DNA from: Candidatus Oxydemutatoraceae bacterium
Lineage (GTDB): Bacteria > Pseudomonadota > Gammaproteobacteria > Poriferisulfidales > Oxydemutatoraceae
Reading direction: 5' to 3'
Length of the DNA stretch: 64,000 nucleotides
Assembly: GCA_965219575.1 (NCBI GenBank)
Contig: OZ244779.1
Coordinates: 364,769-428,768, forward strand
The position numbers and the translations under genes were made by a program. Positions 1 through 12,135 of this stretch are shown piece by piece. The notes beneath the pieces are model-generated. The model searched no databases. It was not told the origin of the DNA and was given only the letters and a program-made list of their open reading frames with translations. The stretch's first letter is position 1. Every line of letters begins with the position of its first letter.

Positions 1-320
1 ATCTTTTTCTCCACATCGACCGGTCCGGCCTCGTCTATCGGGCGACCCAACACATCCATAATGCGACCGAGCGTCGGTTCGCCGACCGGCACCGACACCG
101 GCGCACCGGTGTTGACGACATCGGAGCCTCGTTTGAGACCTTCCGATGAACCCAATGCAATCGTGCGAACCACGCCGTCGCCTAATTGCTGTTGCACTTC
201 CAATGTTAAATCGCTTTCACCTTCAACATTCAATGCATCGTATATTTGGGGTATGTGTTCACGCGGAAACTCCACATCGACCACAGCACCGACGATTTGT
301 ACGATTTGCCCAGAACTCAT
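1..320 (-). CDS. atpD: ATP synthase F1 beta subunit, N-terminal part (runs off the window edge)
   Basis: Manual minus-strand translation from ATG at 320: [30 protein letters not shown]...[28 protein letters not shown]; GGAGG RBS; follows atpG. Confidence 0.97.
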   Translation of the reverse strand, partial: MSSGQIVQIVGAVVDVEFPREHIPQIYDALNVEGESDLTLEVQQQLGDGVVRTIALGSSEGLKRGSDVVNTGAPVSVPVGEPTLGRIMDVLGRPIDEAGPVDVEKK

Positions 321-346
321 GTTTTCCTCCGACATCTATCTATGGG

Positions 347-1207
347 TTAAATTGCAGCAGCGCCTCCGACAATCTCGGAAAGCTCCTGTGTAATCGCTGC
401 CTGACGCGCTTTGTTATAAGCGAGTTGCAGCTCGTCAATCAGTGAACCGGCGTTCTCCGATGCGCTTTTCATCGCAACCATGCGCGCCGCCATCTCGCAG
501 GCGACATTCTCCACGACCGCCTGATAAACTTGTGATTCGATATAACGCTTAAGCACAAAATCAAGCACACCGTGCGAATCCGGTTCATAAATATAATCCC
601 AATAATGCTTCATGCTCTCGTCCTCTATCGGCGGCACCGGCAACAACTGCAGGGCTTGCGGCTTTTGGGTCATTGTATTTATGAAACGGTTCTCTATTAA
701 AAACACTCGGTCTATTTCCTCCTGCTCGTATGCGTCGAAGATCACCTTCATCGTGCCTAGTAATTGGGTGAGTTGCGGGGAGTCGCCCAGATGAGAGGTT
801 TTGGAAATAATCTTCGTATAGCGTCTGAAAAAGCCTGCGCCTTTGCTACCGATCGTCGTCACCTTAATATCGACACCTTTATCTTTCCATTCGCGCATCG
901 ATGCGAGTGCGGCCTTGAACAGATTGACATTGAGACCACCGCAGAGCCCGCGGTCGGTAGAGACGATGATGTAGCCGACATTTTTTACCTCTGCCCGTTT
1001 CGTCAAAAAGGGATGCTGATATTCAAAATGCGCTTGCGCAATATGCCCGAGTAGGGCGCGCATGCGATCGGCATAAGGACGGCTGGCAGCCATTTTATCT
1101 TGGGCACGACGCATTTTACTGGCAGCGACCATTTCCATCGCCTTAGTAATTTTCTGCGTATTTTTAACGCTCGCTATTTTGGTTCTTATTTCTTTGCCGA
1201 CTGCCAT
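347..1207 (-). CDS. atpG: ATP synthase F1 gamma subunit
   Basis: [19 protein letters not shown] and [18 protein letters not shown] motifs. Confidence 0.98.
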   Translation of the reverse strand: MAVGKEIRTKIASVKNTQKITKAMEMVAASKMRRAQDKMAASRPYADRMRALLGHIAQAHFEYQHPFLTKRAEVKNVGYIIVSTDRGLCGGLNVNLFKAALASMREWKDKGVDIKVTTIGSKGAGFFRRYTKIISKTSHLGDSPQLTQLLGTMKVIFDAYEQEEIDRVFLIENRFINTMTQKPQALQLLPVPPIEDESMKHYWDYIYEPDSHGVLDFVLKRYIESQVYQAVVENVACEMAARMVAMKSASENAGSLIDELQLAYNKARQAAITQELSEIVGGAAAI

Positions 1208-1235
1208 ATTCTTTGCTTAAATAATTGCTCGGTTG

Positions 1236-2774
1236 TTACCACGAACCGTTTGCTTTGAAGTCTTCAACCGCTTTTTTCAGTACACCTTCTATGTCTTCGT
1301 TGAAGTCGCCTTGGTTCATCTGCGTCATCAAGTCGGCATGCTCGGCGCGCATATGCGAGTGTATCGCCGCTTCGAATGCACGGGTTTTCTTAACCTCTAT
1401 ATCGTCGAGATAACCGCGGTCGGCAACGAATAGCGAGACTGCCATCTCGGCAACCGACAACGGCGAGTATTGGTTTTGTTTCATCAATTCCATCACCCGT
1501 TCGCCGCGCTCAAGCTGTTTTCTGGTCTGTTCGTCCAAGTCCGATGCAAACTGCGAGAAGGCAGCGAGTTCTCGGTATTGTGCAAGCGACAGACGCACAC
1601 CGCCGCCGAGCTTTTTGATAATCTTGGTTTGCGCAGACCCCCCGACTCTAGACACCGATAGCCCGGCGTTCATCGCCGGTCTAAAGCCGGCATTGAACAA
1701 ATCGGTCTCGAGAAAGATTTGCCCGTCGGTGATCGAAATCACGTTGGTCGGCACAAATGCCGAGACATCGCCGGCTTGCGTTTCAATAATCGGTAGTGCG
1801 GTCAAAGAACCGGTCTTGCCCTTAACCGCCCCTTGGGTTTTCTGTTCGACATAGTCGGGGTTCACCCGTGCGGCGCGCTCCAGCAGGCGCGAGTGCAGAT
1901 AAAAGACATCGCCCGGATAGGCTTCTCGCCCCGGCGGGCGGCGTAGCAACAGGGAGATCTGACGATACGCCCACGCCTGTTTGGTGAGGTCGTCGTAAAT
2001 AATCAGTGCATCTTCGCCACGGTCGCGATAATACTCGCCCATCGCACAGCCCGAAAAAGGTGCCAAGAACTGCATCGCTGCCGGGTCCGAAGCACTGGCG
2101 GCGACGACAATCGTATGTTCCATCGCACCGTGTTCTTCGAGTTTGCGCACCACGGCGGAAATCGACGACTGCTTCTGCCCGACGGCAACATAAATACACT
2201 TCAGATTGCCGCCTTTTTGGTTGATGATGGTGTCGACCGCAACCGCAGTTTTGCCGACTTGGCGGTCGCCGATAATCAATTCGCGCTGCCCGCGTCCGAT
2301 CGGCACCATAGAGTCGATTGCTTTCAGACCGGTTTGCACCGGTTGCGAAACCGATTGTCGGGTGATGACACCCGGGGCCACTTGTTCGATGGGCGCAGTC
2401 TGTTCGGTTGCAATCTCACCTTTGCCGTCTATGGGCTGGCCGAGTGCATCGACGACGCGTCCTTCCATAGCAGGACCTACCGGCACTTCCAAAATGCGGC
2501 CGGTGCATGTGCAGGTCTGCCCTTCACTAACACCCAAGTAGTCGCCCAGCACAACTGCGCCGACCGAGTCGCGCTCTAAGTTCAACGCCATTCCGAAGAT
2601 CCCGCCTTCAAACTGGATCATCTCTCCGTACATTACGTCTTGTAATCCATGGATACGCACGATGCCGTCGGTTACACTAACGACTACGCCTTCGTTGCGA
2701 ATCTCCGGCGATGTGCTGAATTCTTCTATTTTCTCTTTGATTAAACTACTAATCTCTGTTGGGTTGAGTTGCAT
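1236..2774 (-). CDS. atpA: ATP synthase F1 alpha subunit
   Basis: GDRQVGKT Walker [24 protein letters not shown]. Confidence 0.99.
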   Translation of the reverse strand: MQLNPTEISSLIKEKIEEFSTSPEIRNEGVVVSVTDGIVRIHGLQDVMYGEMIQFEGGIFGMALNLERDSVGAVVLGDYLGVSEGQTCTCTGRILEVPVGPAMEGRVVDALGQPIDGKGEIATEQTAPIEQVAPGVITRQSVSQPVQTGLKAIDSMVPIGRGQRELIIGDRQVGKTAVAVDTIINQKGGNLKCIYVAVGQKQSSISAVVRKLEEHGAMEHTIVVAASASDPAAMQFLAPFSGCAMGEYYRDRGEDALIIYDDLTKQAWAYRQISLLLRRPPGREAYPGDVFYLHSRLLERAARVNPDYVEQKTQGAVKGKTGSLTALPIIETQAGDVSAFVPTNVISITDGQIFLETDLFNAGFRPAMNAGLSVSRVGGSAQTKIIKKLGGGVRLSLAQYRELAAFSQFASDLDEQTRKQLERGERVMELMKQNQYSPLSVAEMAVSLFVADRGYLDDIEVKKTRAFEAAIHSHMRAEHADLMTQMNQGDFNEDIEGVLKKAVEDFKANGSW

Positions 2775-2849
2775 TTCAAAATCCTCTGTTATTAAATATC
2801 GGTTAAACGAAGTGGTTCTCTATTCGGGGTGTGGTTTGTCCTAAAGCGA

Positions 2850-3383
2850 TTATGCGTTGAGTGTGTCGGATAGTTTTTGCAGGCGGGATTTAAGCGAACC
2901 GTCTATCGATAAACGACCGGCGTGGATCACTGCACCCGCCAGCAGGCTCTTATCCAAACTACAATTCAGTACTACTTTTGCATTCAATCGGCGGCTCAAT
3001 GTCTCGGTTAGCGATTTCTGCTGTGCTTCGTCCAACGGCATTGCCGAGACAACCTGCGCCTCGATACGCTGCTCGCTTTGCGCACGATATTCCTCGAACA
3101 ACGCGGTGATATGCGGGATCAACATCAGTCGGTGGTTCTCGGCAAGCAACGACACGAAATTCTGCACCTTGGCATCCAAGCCGTCTATCTTTGTGATTAT
3201 AAATCGAGCAACTCTATGCGCAGGGAGCAACGGATTGCCGGCGATGCGCCGCACGGCTTCGTCGGCAAGACAGGTCTTTATTGCTGCAAGTGCTTTAGAC
3301 CAAACCGCAACATTATCGTGCGCACACGCCACCTCAAAGGCAGCTTTGGCATAGGGTCGGGCAATGGTTGTCGGCTCGGACAT
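2850..3383 (-). CDS. atpH: ATP synthase delta subunit
   Basis: TIARPYAKAAF N-terminus, IDGSLKSRL C-terminus, operon position. Confidence 0.96.
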   Translation of the reverse strand: MSEPTTIARPYAKAAFEVACAHDNVAVWSKALAAIKTCLADEAVRRIAGNPLLPAHRVARFIITKIDGLDAKVQNFVSLLAENHRLMLIPHITALFEEYRAQSEQRIEAQVVSAMPLDEAQQKSLTETLSRRLNAKVVLNCSLDKSLLAGAVIHAGRLSIDGSLKSRLQKLSDTLNA

Positions 3384-3388
3384 GAGTC

Positions 3389-3868
3389 TTATTCGCTTTG
3401 CATTTTAGTTTCAATCGCTTTGAGTGCTTCGTTGTGCGCAGCCGCATCGACCTCTCTGCCGAGTACCTGTGCGGCACCCAGCAATGCAAGCTGAGCGACT
3501 TCTTGGCGTAGTTGTTCGCGGGCTTCCTGGGTGCGCCGAGCGACATCGCTCTCTGCGGAACGCCGTATGTTGTCGGCTTCCTCGCGCGCTTTCACTTTGG
3601 CTTCCTCTTTAATCTCGGTTGCTCGCTTCTCGGCTTGTGCGATAATCTCACCGGCACGCGTCCGGCTTTGTGCGAGTTCTTCTTCCACCGTCTCTTGTGC
3701 TTGTTGAAGGTCTTGCTTGCCTTGTTCTGCTGCCGCCAACCCTTCGGCAATCCGCTTTCGCCTTGCCTCCAGTGCGTCTATCATCGGCTTCCACAACAGG
3801 CGGCTCACCATCCATATCAGGATTAGGAATGCCAAAACTTGAGCCAGCAGTGTTATATTGATATTCAC
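3389..3868 (-). CDS. atpF: ATP synthase Fo subunit b
   Basis: MNINITL plus one TM helix, then a charged coiled coil; operon position. Confidence 0.96.
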   Translation of the reverse strand: MNINITLLAQVLAFLILIWMVSRLLWKPMIDALEARRKRIAEGLAAAEQGKQDLQQAQETVEEELAQSRTRAGEIIAQAEKRATEIKEEAKVKAREEADNIRRSAESDVARRTQEAREQLRQEVAQLALLGAAQVLGREVDAAAHNEALKAIETKMQSE

Positions 3869-3907
3869 TTCAATCCTCGCCTGTGATACCCTAGGTGCGA
3901 CACTCGC

Positions 3908-4186
3908 TCAGAGTGCCGCTTGTAGCGCACCGACAAATGGATTGGCAAACAAAAACCACATCGCAAATGCCAAGATAATAAACGGAAAAGATTCCATCAG
4001 TCCGGCAAAGATGAACATATTGGTCATCAGTTGCGGACGCAATTCCGGTTGTCGGGCAATGCCTTCCAGGGTCTTTGCGCATATCAATCCCCAGCCTATC
4101 GCCGAACCTAAACCAGCAGCCGCTAGTATTACGCCGACGCCGACGGCGGTGTATGCATATATCATTGCAATCATATCAGGTGTCAT
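3908..4186 (-). CDS. atpE: ATP synthase Fo subunit c
   Basis: GxGxxxGxG helix, ARQPE loop, ion-binding Glu in GLMESFP. Confidence 0.96.
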   Translation of the reverse strand: MTPDMIAMIYAYTAVGVGVILAAAGLGSAIGWGLICAKTLEGIARQPELRPQLMTNMFIFAGLMESFPFIILAFAMWFLFANPFVGALQAAL

Positions 4187-4330
4187 ATTATTTCTCCCAA
4201 TTTCTCCAAGTTAATCAATCTAATCATCCGTTAAGACGGTTACGCTTTCGTCAAAACAGAATGTCACTATTCGGCACACAAAGTTTCTTGAAAGAATTTT
4301 CACTCCGCATATCCGCTACTCTATCGATGT

Positions 4331-5553
<1,223 letters not shown>

Positions 5554-5590
5554 TTTATATCTGTTTGGATTTAGACTGATTGATACTTAA

Positions 5591-5800
5591 TTAACTAGCT
5601 AATAATTTGCAGACCCGAATTGCTGCGCCGACAAAACCAAGCCCTGCGAATAATAACATAAAAACAGGTCTGGTATCAAGCCAAGCATCGACCCAATACC
5701 CCAGTAAAAAGCCACTGAGCACCATAGAACTGAGTATCGTGCCTACCCCCAACAGGATAATACGCGGGGATTTTTTAGGAACTTGTGCGGGTTCTGACAT
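5591..5800 (-). CDS. AtpZ/AtpI-family small membrane protein (first gene of atp operon)
   Basis: Two TM helices with GFLLGYWVDAWLDTRP (GxxxGxxxD...TxP) pattern. Confidence 0.75.
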   Translation of the reverse strand: MSEPAQVPKKSPRIILLGVGTILSSMVLSGFLLGYWVDAWLDTRPVFMLLFAGLGFVGAAIRVCKLLAS

Positions 5801-5937
5801 AACATGGCTTATTTTAGCGTATGCAAGGCATATCCGATAATAATGTTGGAGATTTCCACAAATTCGTAAACGAATACCTTGTTTGTACGATTAACGCGTG
5901 TTTGTTGGTCAAGCGATTAAGTTTGTACAGATACGAC

Positions 5938-6244
5938 GGGGCTGTTGAAAAAGTATTCCATAGAGTGGTAGGGGCGGACTTGCATGTCCGCCCGTAACGC
6001 TCTGGTTGGCAAGATTTATACATTCATTCACCCGATTTATGGAAACCAAAACCATACGGCGCAAGCGGTTACGGCTGTGCAGAACGGCACTTAAGGGCAG
6101 ACATATAAGTCTGCCCCTACAGGTGGGTTGGATAATTATGTGGCGCAAGCGGTTGGATTTATGCAGTGCCAATACTTTTTCAACAGCCCCACCACACAAC
6201 CACCCCGTCAGGCGAAGCCTGCCACCCCTCCGAAGGAGGGGAAT
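5938..6244. mobile_element. Modular MITE/REP element family 1, copy 1: TIR-bounded 5938-6190 followed by the CACCCC...GGAGGGGAAT hairpin module
   Basis: GGGGCTGTTGAAAAAGTA ... TACTTTTTCAACAGCCCC 18-bp inverted termini enclosing two inverted GTAGGGGC(G/A)GAC..GTC(C/T)GCCC REP hairpins. Confidence 0.85.
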
Positions 6245-6322
6245 GATCGGCGGTTCTATATGTATGCCTATCGGAATATAATAGGCTTTCGATCCCCCCG
6301 TATTTATTTGATGCAATCGTAG

Positions 6323-9247
6323 TTGAGGATGTTGGCAAAAGTTTTAGTGATATTGCTTTTAGCGGCAGGCACGCAGTCTGTCGTCGCCCAGCAACGAGAA
6401 CCGGGCGATCCGCTATATCCTCAGCAATGGCATCTGAACAATACCGGGCAAAGCGGTGGTATTGCCGACGAGGATATCAACGTAGAACCGGTTTGGAATA
6501 CAACGCTTACGAATGGGGTAAAAATAAGAGGACAAGGAGTATATATCTCCATAGTAGACGGAGATATGCAGCTCGATCACACCGATCTAAGAGAGAATGT
6601 ATCCACTACCCGCACGCACGATTACTATCCGGGTATTACCGATAATAGTTCTCATGCCACCAGTGTCGCCGGCATTGCCGCAGCACGCGGTTATAACAGC
6701 ATGGGTGTTCGGGGTGTGGCACCTTGGGCGACAATTTATAGTTTGAATCTTTTAGCAGATATACGACAAAGACCGGGCGGAGGCTCTTTTTCTTTTATAA
6801 CAAACGACGACCTCATGAATGCAATGCAACGTAATCACATAATAACCGCAGCTTCCAATAATAGCTGGGGTCCTGAGAATCCTTTTGCATCGGTATCAGG
6901 CTCGTGGGCGATGGCAATAAACACCGGGCTTGCGAACGGATTTTACGGGAAGGGAACCATTTATGTATGGGCCGCCGGAAACAATCACTGTCCCGTGGTA
7001 GCGATAGATGCAATGACCAGAAGGGAAGTTTGTGGTGGAGATAACGCAAATTACGACAATTATGCAAACTATCATGCCGTTGTTACCGTCTGTGCGGTGG
7101 ATCATAAAGGGGAACACAACGGTAGTTCGGAGTTCGGAGCCAATTTATGGGTTTGTGCACCGTCGAGGAGGAGTGGGAGTAGTGGTAGAGATGGGATTGT
7201 AACAACCCTTACACGCAATTTTTATACGACCGGATTTGGCGGAACTTCTGCGTCAACCCCGATGGTCAGTGGTGTGGTGGCATTGATGCGGCAAGCCAAT
7301 CCAAGTCTTAGTTGGCGCGATGTGAAACTTATTCTAGCTAATTCCGCAAGGCAAAACGATCCCGGAGACAGCGACTGGGCGCGAGGTGCCATAAAGCATG
7401 GTTCGTTCAACGATGGCTCCGGGGAGCGATACCATTTTAACCACAAATATGGATTCGGTGTCGTCGATGCCGACAAGGCGGTCGAAATGGCGCGCAGTTG
7501 GATTAATGTTCCCGGTAGGATAACAAGGACGGTGACGAACAACAGCCCTTTGGTTGACAACACGATTAGTAGAAATATATCGGTGCAATCCGATATTAAC
7601 TTTACGGAATATGTCGATGCTAGAATTCGATTAAGAACATCCAGATACTCCGATTTAAGTGTTAAGTTAATATCACCGTCTGGTGCGATCTCCGAACTTG
7701 CAATACCGGCTGCTTCGGATTTTAGCAGTGGCTTTTTCAGCAGTGCCTCGTTTAGACCGTGGCGTTTCGGTTCTGCCAAGCATTTAGGCGAGGATCCGTC
7801 GGGAGTATGGAGATTAGAGATTGATAATATTAGAGCAACCGAAGATATCGTATTATTCTCTTCGGAGCTTAGAATACGCGGCTATCAAATAAAAATGGAT
7901 GCCGTCCCCGTTGCAGAGTTATCAAACACAAACCTAGCCGAAACCCCGCTGATTTTATCTTTAATCGGTGCAAAGTGGGCAGAGGATTTGCAGCCCAGCG
8001 ATTTTAATTTGAAAAATTTGCGACCTAGCGATCCCCAATTCAAAAATACGCCGGCGGGATTGCGCATTGCGAGTGTCAACCGTACTTCCGATACGCAAGT
8101 CCGATTAGAGCTTGCCTTGACGGGCGACCTTTTAGAAAACTATCTCTTCCAAGTTGAAGCGACGACGGGCACCGTCTCAAGCCTCGGCGGTCCTCTTGCC
8201 GGCAACGACATACCGATCGTGTCAAATACGCGGATAACGGTGCGCAAAGATATAGTATTGAACGACGCTACCGTTAATCGAAATTATCGCTTTAGTTTGG
8301 ATGATATTTTTGCAAGCGCGCAAGCATTGACCTACACGGTGAGCGGTCTACCACCCGGTCTGGAAATAAACGGCTCCATCATCGGTGGCACGCCGAGTAT
8401 CGCCGGCGATTATCGTATTGAAGTGGTTGCGACTAGAGCAGACGGGGTTAGCAGAACGGAGTTTTTTGATTTACAGATCCCTCTTGCTTTTCAGGTGCAA
8501 CTGAGAGTCTTACTGGAAGGTGCGCTCGCAACCTTCATCGATGTATGCGACCGCACCGAACAAGTGCGAAATATCATCGTCTCTAGTATCGGAAGTAGCG
8601 ACTGTGCTGCTGTTCCTCAACATCTACTCCGCTCAGTTGCCGACATAGGCCTTAGCAATAGCGGAATTAGTTCTTTAGCGACGAATGATTTCGATGATTT
8701 TACGGGTTTGGAAACATTGAACCTAAGTGCCAACAGCCTGACCGACTTGCCGGAAGACGTTTTCAGAGACTTAACAAGTCTGAGAACACTGAACTTGAGC
8801 AACAACGATTTGACCACGCTAACAGCGGTTATTTTCAACGGTCTGCCGAGTTTGGAAACATTGAACTTAAGTGCCAACGAATTGACCGATCTGCCGGAAG
8901 ACGTTTTCAGAGGCTTAACAAACTTGAGAACACTGAACTTGAGTAACAACGATCTGACCCTCTTACCGACAACTATTTTCGGTAGCTTAACAAATTTGCG
9001 TACCTTAAACTTATCAAACAATAGGTTATCTGTAAGCCTATCAGATCCTCGGCTATCTGCCAATAACAACGAGCTATTCAATAGAACTTTCAACAGAAAA
9101 ACTTTCGGCATAGGAAGATATATAACAATGCTACACTTAAGTGGAAACGGCATTGCCTCTGCAGATTGCACCACACTTCGGGACTCATTTCCTACCTTTA
9201 CTCGCGCTGGTTTTATCATTTCCTCCGCCAATTTTAGTTGTTCTTAA
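6323..9247 (+). CDS. Secreted kexin/furin-like S8 serine protease with P-domain, putative Ig domain and C-terminal LRRs
   Basis: Signal peptide; catalytic IVDGD, HATSVAG, AAGN, GGTSAS; P-domain GEDPSGVWRL; SGLPPGL..GTP Ig repeat; 24-aa LRRs (LETLNLSANxLTDLPEDVF). Start is TTG 6323 or ATG 6329. Confidence 0.9.
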   Translation: MRMLAKVLVILLLAAGTQSVVAQQREPGDPLYPQQWHLNNTGQSGGIADEDINVEPVWNTTLTNGVKIRGQGVYISIVDGDMQLDHTDLRENVSTTRTHDYYPGITDNSSHATSVAGIAAARGYNSMGVRGVAPWATIYSLNLLADIRQRPGGGSFSFITNDDLMNAMQRNHIITAASNNSWGPENPFASVSGSWAMAINTGLANGFYGKGTIYVWAAGNNHCPVVAIDAMTRREVCGGDNANYDNYANYHAVVTVCAVDHKGEHNGSSEFGANLWVCAPSRRSGSSGRDGIVTTLTRNFYTTGFGGTSASTPMVSGVVALMRQANPSLSWRDVKLILANSARQNDPGDSDWARGAIKHGSFNDGSGERYHFNHKYGFGVVDADKAVEMARSWINVPGRITRTVTNNSPLVDNTISRNISVQSDINFTEYVDARIRLRTSRYSDLSVKLISPSGAISELAIPAASDFSSGFFSSASFRPWRFGSAKHLGEDPSGVWRLEIDNIRATEDIVLFSSELRIRGYQIKMDAVPVAELSNTNLAETPLILSLIGAKWAEDLQPSDFNLKNLRPSDPQFKNTPAGLRIASVNRTSDTQVRLELALTGDLLENYLFQVEATTGTVSSLGGPLAGNDIPIVSNTRITVRKDIVLNDATVNRNYRFSLDDIFASAQALTYTVSGLPPGLEINGSIIGGTPSIAGDYRIEVVATRADGVSRTEFFDLQIPLAFQVQLRVLLEGALATFIDVCDRTEQVRNIIVSSIGSSDCAAVPQHLLRSVADIGLSNSGISSLATNDFDDFTGLETLNLSANSLTDLPEDVFRDLTSLRTLNLSNNDLTTLTAVIFNGLPSLETLNLSANELTDLPEDVFRGLTNLRTLNLSNNDLTLLPTTIFGSLTNLRTLNLSNNRLSVSLSDPRLSANNNELFNRTFNRKTFGIGRYITMLHLSGNGIASADCTTLRDSFPTFTRAGFIISSANFSCS

Positions 9248-9364
9248 ACCGCTTGTAGCCCGACATTCCAATGTCACCCGGCGCAATGCAAGGCGGGAAA
9301 TAATACTTATGGGAATATAATAGATGTTTTACATCCCCCCGCATTTATTTAACACAAGCCACAG

Positions 9365-11668
9365 TTGAGTATTTTTATTTTGAGAGCTTTAGTAAAAGTT
9401 CCGATGATATTGTTTCTAACGGCAGGTATGCAGTCTGTCGTCGCTCAGTCGGATTTTTTTTATGACCGGCAGTGGCACTTGAGCGGTCAGGAAACCTTCG
9501 GACCTGTAACTGCGTTTACCATAGATATTAATGTAGAACCGGTATGGGAAAGAACGCTCGAAGATGGACGGACGAGAATAAGAGGGCAAGGCACATACAT
9601 TGCCATAGTAGACGGAGATCTGCCGATTGCGCTTCAGTCTGCCACAACCCAGACATTGGCTCACCCGGATCTAATAGCAAACATATCAACCCAACATAGC
9701 GTTGATTATTATCCTTCCGTGATTGATCCCAGCGGGCATGCGACCGCCGTAGCGGGTATTGCTGCGGCGCGCGGTTATAACCGAATAGGCGTTAGAGGGG
9801 TGGCACCCTCGGCAAAAATTTATGGTTTGAATGCATTGGGAATACCCGATGGAAACAGGAATATTTCGCCAATTACTAGAGATATAGTTACCTTAGATGC
9901 CATGGTTCGCCATACCACGATAACTGCGGTTTCCAATAACAGTTGGGGGAGCGTGTTTCCCTTTCAACCGTCCGGTTCTCGTCTTAGGGCATGGGAAATG
10001 GCAATAGAAACCGGCATTGAGGATGGATTCCACGGCAAAGGGGTAGTTTACGTCTGGGCTGCCGGAAATGAACGTTGTATTAGCAGAAAAACATCGTCTA
10101 ACCGCTACGAACAAGTTTGCAACATAGATAATTCAAATTATGAGGCCAGGACAAATCATTATGCAACCGTTGCCGTATGTGCGGTGGATTATCGGGGAAG
10201 ACATGCTACCTATTCGGAACTGGGTGCCAATTTGTGGATTTGTGCGCCATCACGTGATGCTAATTTCAATCCCACATTCGGGATAAACCAATACCTACGA
10301 GGGATTACTACAACCTATAGAGGAATCTTTAGGGGAGGGGTCTACGACAATGACTTTTACATTCCTAGTTTCGGCGGAACCTCTGCGGCAACTCCGATGG
10401 TCAGCGGTGTGGTGGCATTGATGCGGCAGGTCAACCCGAGTCTTAGCTGGCGCGATGTGAAACTCATTCTGGCTAATTCCGCAAGGCAAAACGATCCTAG
10501 TGAAGACGGCTGGGCACAAGGTGCCGTAAAGTATGGTTCGTCCAGTGATGACTCCGAGGCACAATATAATTTTAACCACAAATATGGATTTGGTCTTGTT
10601 GATGCGGAAAAAGCGGTTGAAATGGCGGAGGGGTGGATTAATCTTCCCTCCGTAGCACCGTACACGGAAGCAAGCACCAGCAATCTAAGCCTGATGTTAA
10701 GTGCCGATAATCCGGTTATCAATAGCGATATATCCGTCCAGTCCGATATCAATTTTATAGAATATGTGGAGATCCCTATCAGATTAATACACCCCCTAGT
10801 TCAAGATTTAAGCGTTGAATTGATATCGCCTTCAGGTGCTATTTCAAACCTCTTTATACCCTCCACGCATCCCATTAGTAGTACCGGTTCATACGCAGTC
10901 CGTACTAGTAGTAGGGGTGCCTTTTGGCGTTTCGGTTCGGCTCGGCATTTAGGCGAAGATCCGTCGGGAGTTTGGCGATTAAGGTTTGAAGACATTAGAG
11001 CCACAACCGGCACTTTGATCGCGTGGGGAGTTGGAATACGCGGCTATCAAATAAAAATGGATGCTACCGCTACCGTCGGGTTATCGGATTACAATGTAGC
11101 CGAAACTCCGCTGATGTTGTCTTTGATCGGTGCAAGTTGGGAAAAAGATTTGCAGCCTAGAGATTTTAGTTTAAGGAATGCGCCGGCAGGGTTGCGTATT
11201 GCGAGTGTCAACCGTACCTCCGACACACAAGTTCGGCTGGATCTTGCGTTGGATAGAGGCTTTGCGCAGGACCACCTCTTTCAAGTCGAAGCAACGACCA
11301 GTACCGTCCCAAACATCAGAAACTCGCTTATTAGCAACGACATACCGATCCTATCCGACACGCGGATAACGATACGCACCGATGTCGCAATTCCCGACGG
11401 AGCTAGTGGTTCGGATTACTCGTTTGCATTGGATGATATCTTTGCAAGCTCGCAGCCATTGACCTACACGGTCAGCGGCCTACCACCCGGTTTGAGAATA
11501 GATGGTTCCATTATCATTGGCACACCGACTACCTCCGGGAATTATCGCCTTGAAGTCGTTGCGACCAGAACAGACGGGGTTAGCCGAGCCGAGTTTTTTG
11601 ATTTTCGCATCCTTTCGACTATTCAAATACAACTCAGAGTCTTGCTGGAAGGTGCGCTGACACGCTAA
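9365..11668 (+). CDS. Secreted kexin/furin-like S8 protease, tandem paralog lacking LRRs
   Basis: Same triad, P-domain and Ig domain as the upstream paralog; ends QIQLRVLLEGALTR*. Confidence 0.9.
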   Translation: MSIFILRALVKVPMILFLTAGMQSVVAQSDFFYDRQWHLSGQETFGPVTAFTIDINVEPVWERTLEDGRTRIRGQGTYIAIVDGDLPIALQSATTQTLAHPDLIANISTQHSVDYYPSVIDPSGHATAVAGIAAARGYNRIGVRGVAPSAKIYGLNALGIPDGNRNISPITRDIVTLDAMVRHTTITAVSNNSWGSVFPFQPSGSRLRAWEMAIETGIEDGFHGKGVVYVWAAGNERCISRKTSSNRYEQVCNIDNSNYEARTNHYATVAVCAVDYRGRHATYSELGANLWICAPSRDANFNPTFGINQYLRGITTTYRGIFRGGVYDNDFYIPSFGGTSAATPMVSGVVALMRQVNPSLSWRDVKLILANSARQNDPSEDGWAQGAVKYGSSSDDSEAQYNFNHKYGFGLVDAEKAVEMAEGWINLPSVAPYTEASTSNLSLMLSADNPVINSDISVQSDINFIEYVEIPIRLIHPLVQDLSVELISPSGAISNLFIPSTHPISSTGSYAVRTSSRGAFWRFGSARHLGEDPSGVWRLRFEDIRATTGTLIAWGVGIRGYQIKMDATATVGLSDYNVAETPLMLSLIGASWEKDLQPRDFSLRNAPAGLRIASVNRTSDTQVRLDLALDRGFAQDHLFQVEATTSTVPNIRNSLISNDIPILSDTRITIRTDVAIPDGASGSDYSFALDDIFASSQPLTYTVSGLPPGLRIDGSIIIGTPTTSGNYRLEVVATRTDGVSRAEFFDFRILSTIQIQLRVLLEGALTR

Positions 11669-11694
11669 TAATAAAACCGCAATGTAGCAATGTA

Positions 11695-12067
11695 GGACTG
11701 TTGAAAAAGTACTGTTTTTGCACCACTGCAACCGCTTGCGCCGTATGGTTTTGGTTTCCATAAATTGGATGAATGAATAAATAGTGCAGATACGACGGAG
11801 CTGTTGGAAAAGTACCGTTCTGCACAAACCCAACCGCTATGCGCCGTATAATTATCCAACCCACCTGTAGGGGTGGGCGGACATACAAGTCCGCCCTACT
11901 ATGTCTGTCCTTAAGTACCGCTCTGCACGGCCGTAACCGCTTGCGCCATTTGGTTTTGGTTTCCATAAATTGGATGGATGAATGTATAAATCGTGTAGGC
12001 GCAACGCGTTACGGGCGGACATGCAAGTCCGCCCCTACATTGTATGAAATACTTTTTCAACAGCCCC
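11695..12067. mobile_element. Family-1 modular repeat, composite copy (two left termini)
   Basis: CTGTTGAAAAAGT-like termini at ~11695 and ~11797, right terminus ending at 12067, two REP hairpins, GGTTTTGGTTTCCATAAAT core twice. Confidence 0.85.
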
Positions 12068-12135
12068 ACAACCTAAGCTGCTTGTATAGGCTGTCGGTTA
12101 TAATGTGCTTTTCAGTTCAAATAGACGGAGGAAAA

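Noticed and set aside
3908-4186. Na+-coupled ATP synthase suggested by the ES pair in subunit c
   Set aside because: The other Na+ ligands are missing (Trp at the Gln position, no Thr or Tyr after ES), so it is most likely H+-coupled.
5814-6322. Short ORFs such as METKTxxRKRL or GRTCKSAPT recurring at the repeat loci
   Set aside because: They are translations of the non-coding repeat modules in varying frames, with no consistent start, RBS or transposase motifs.
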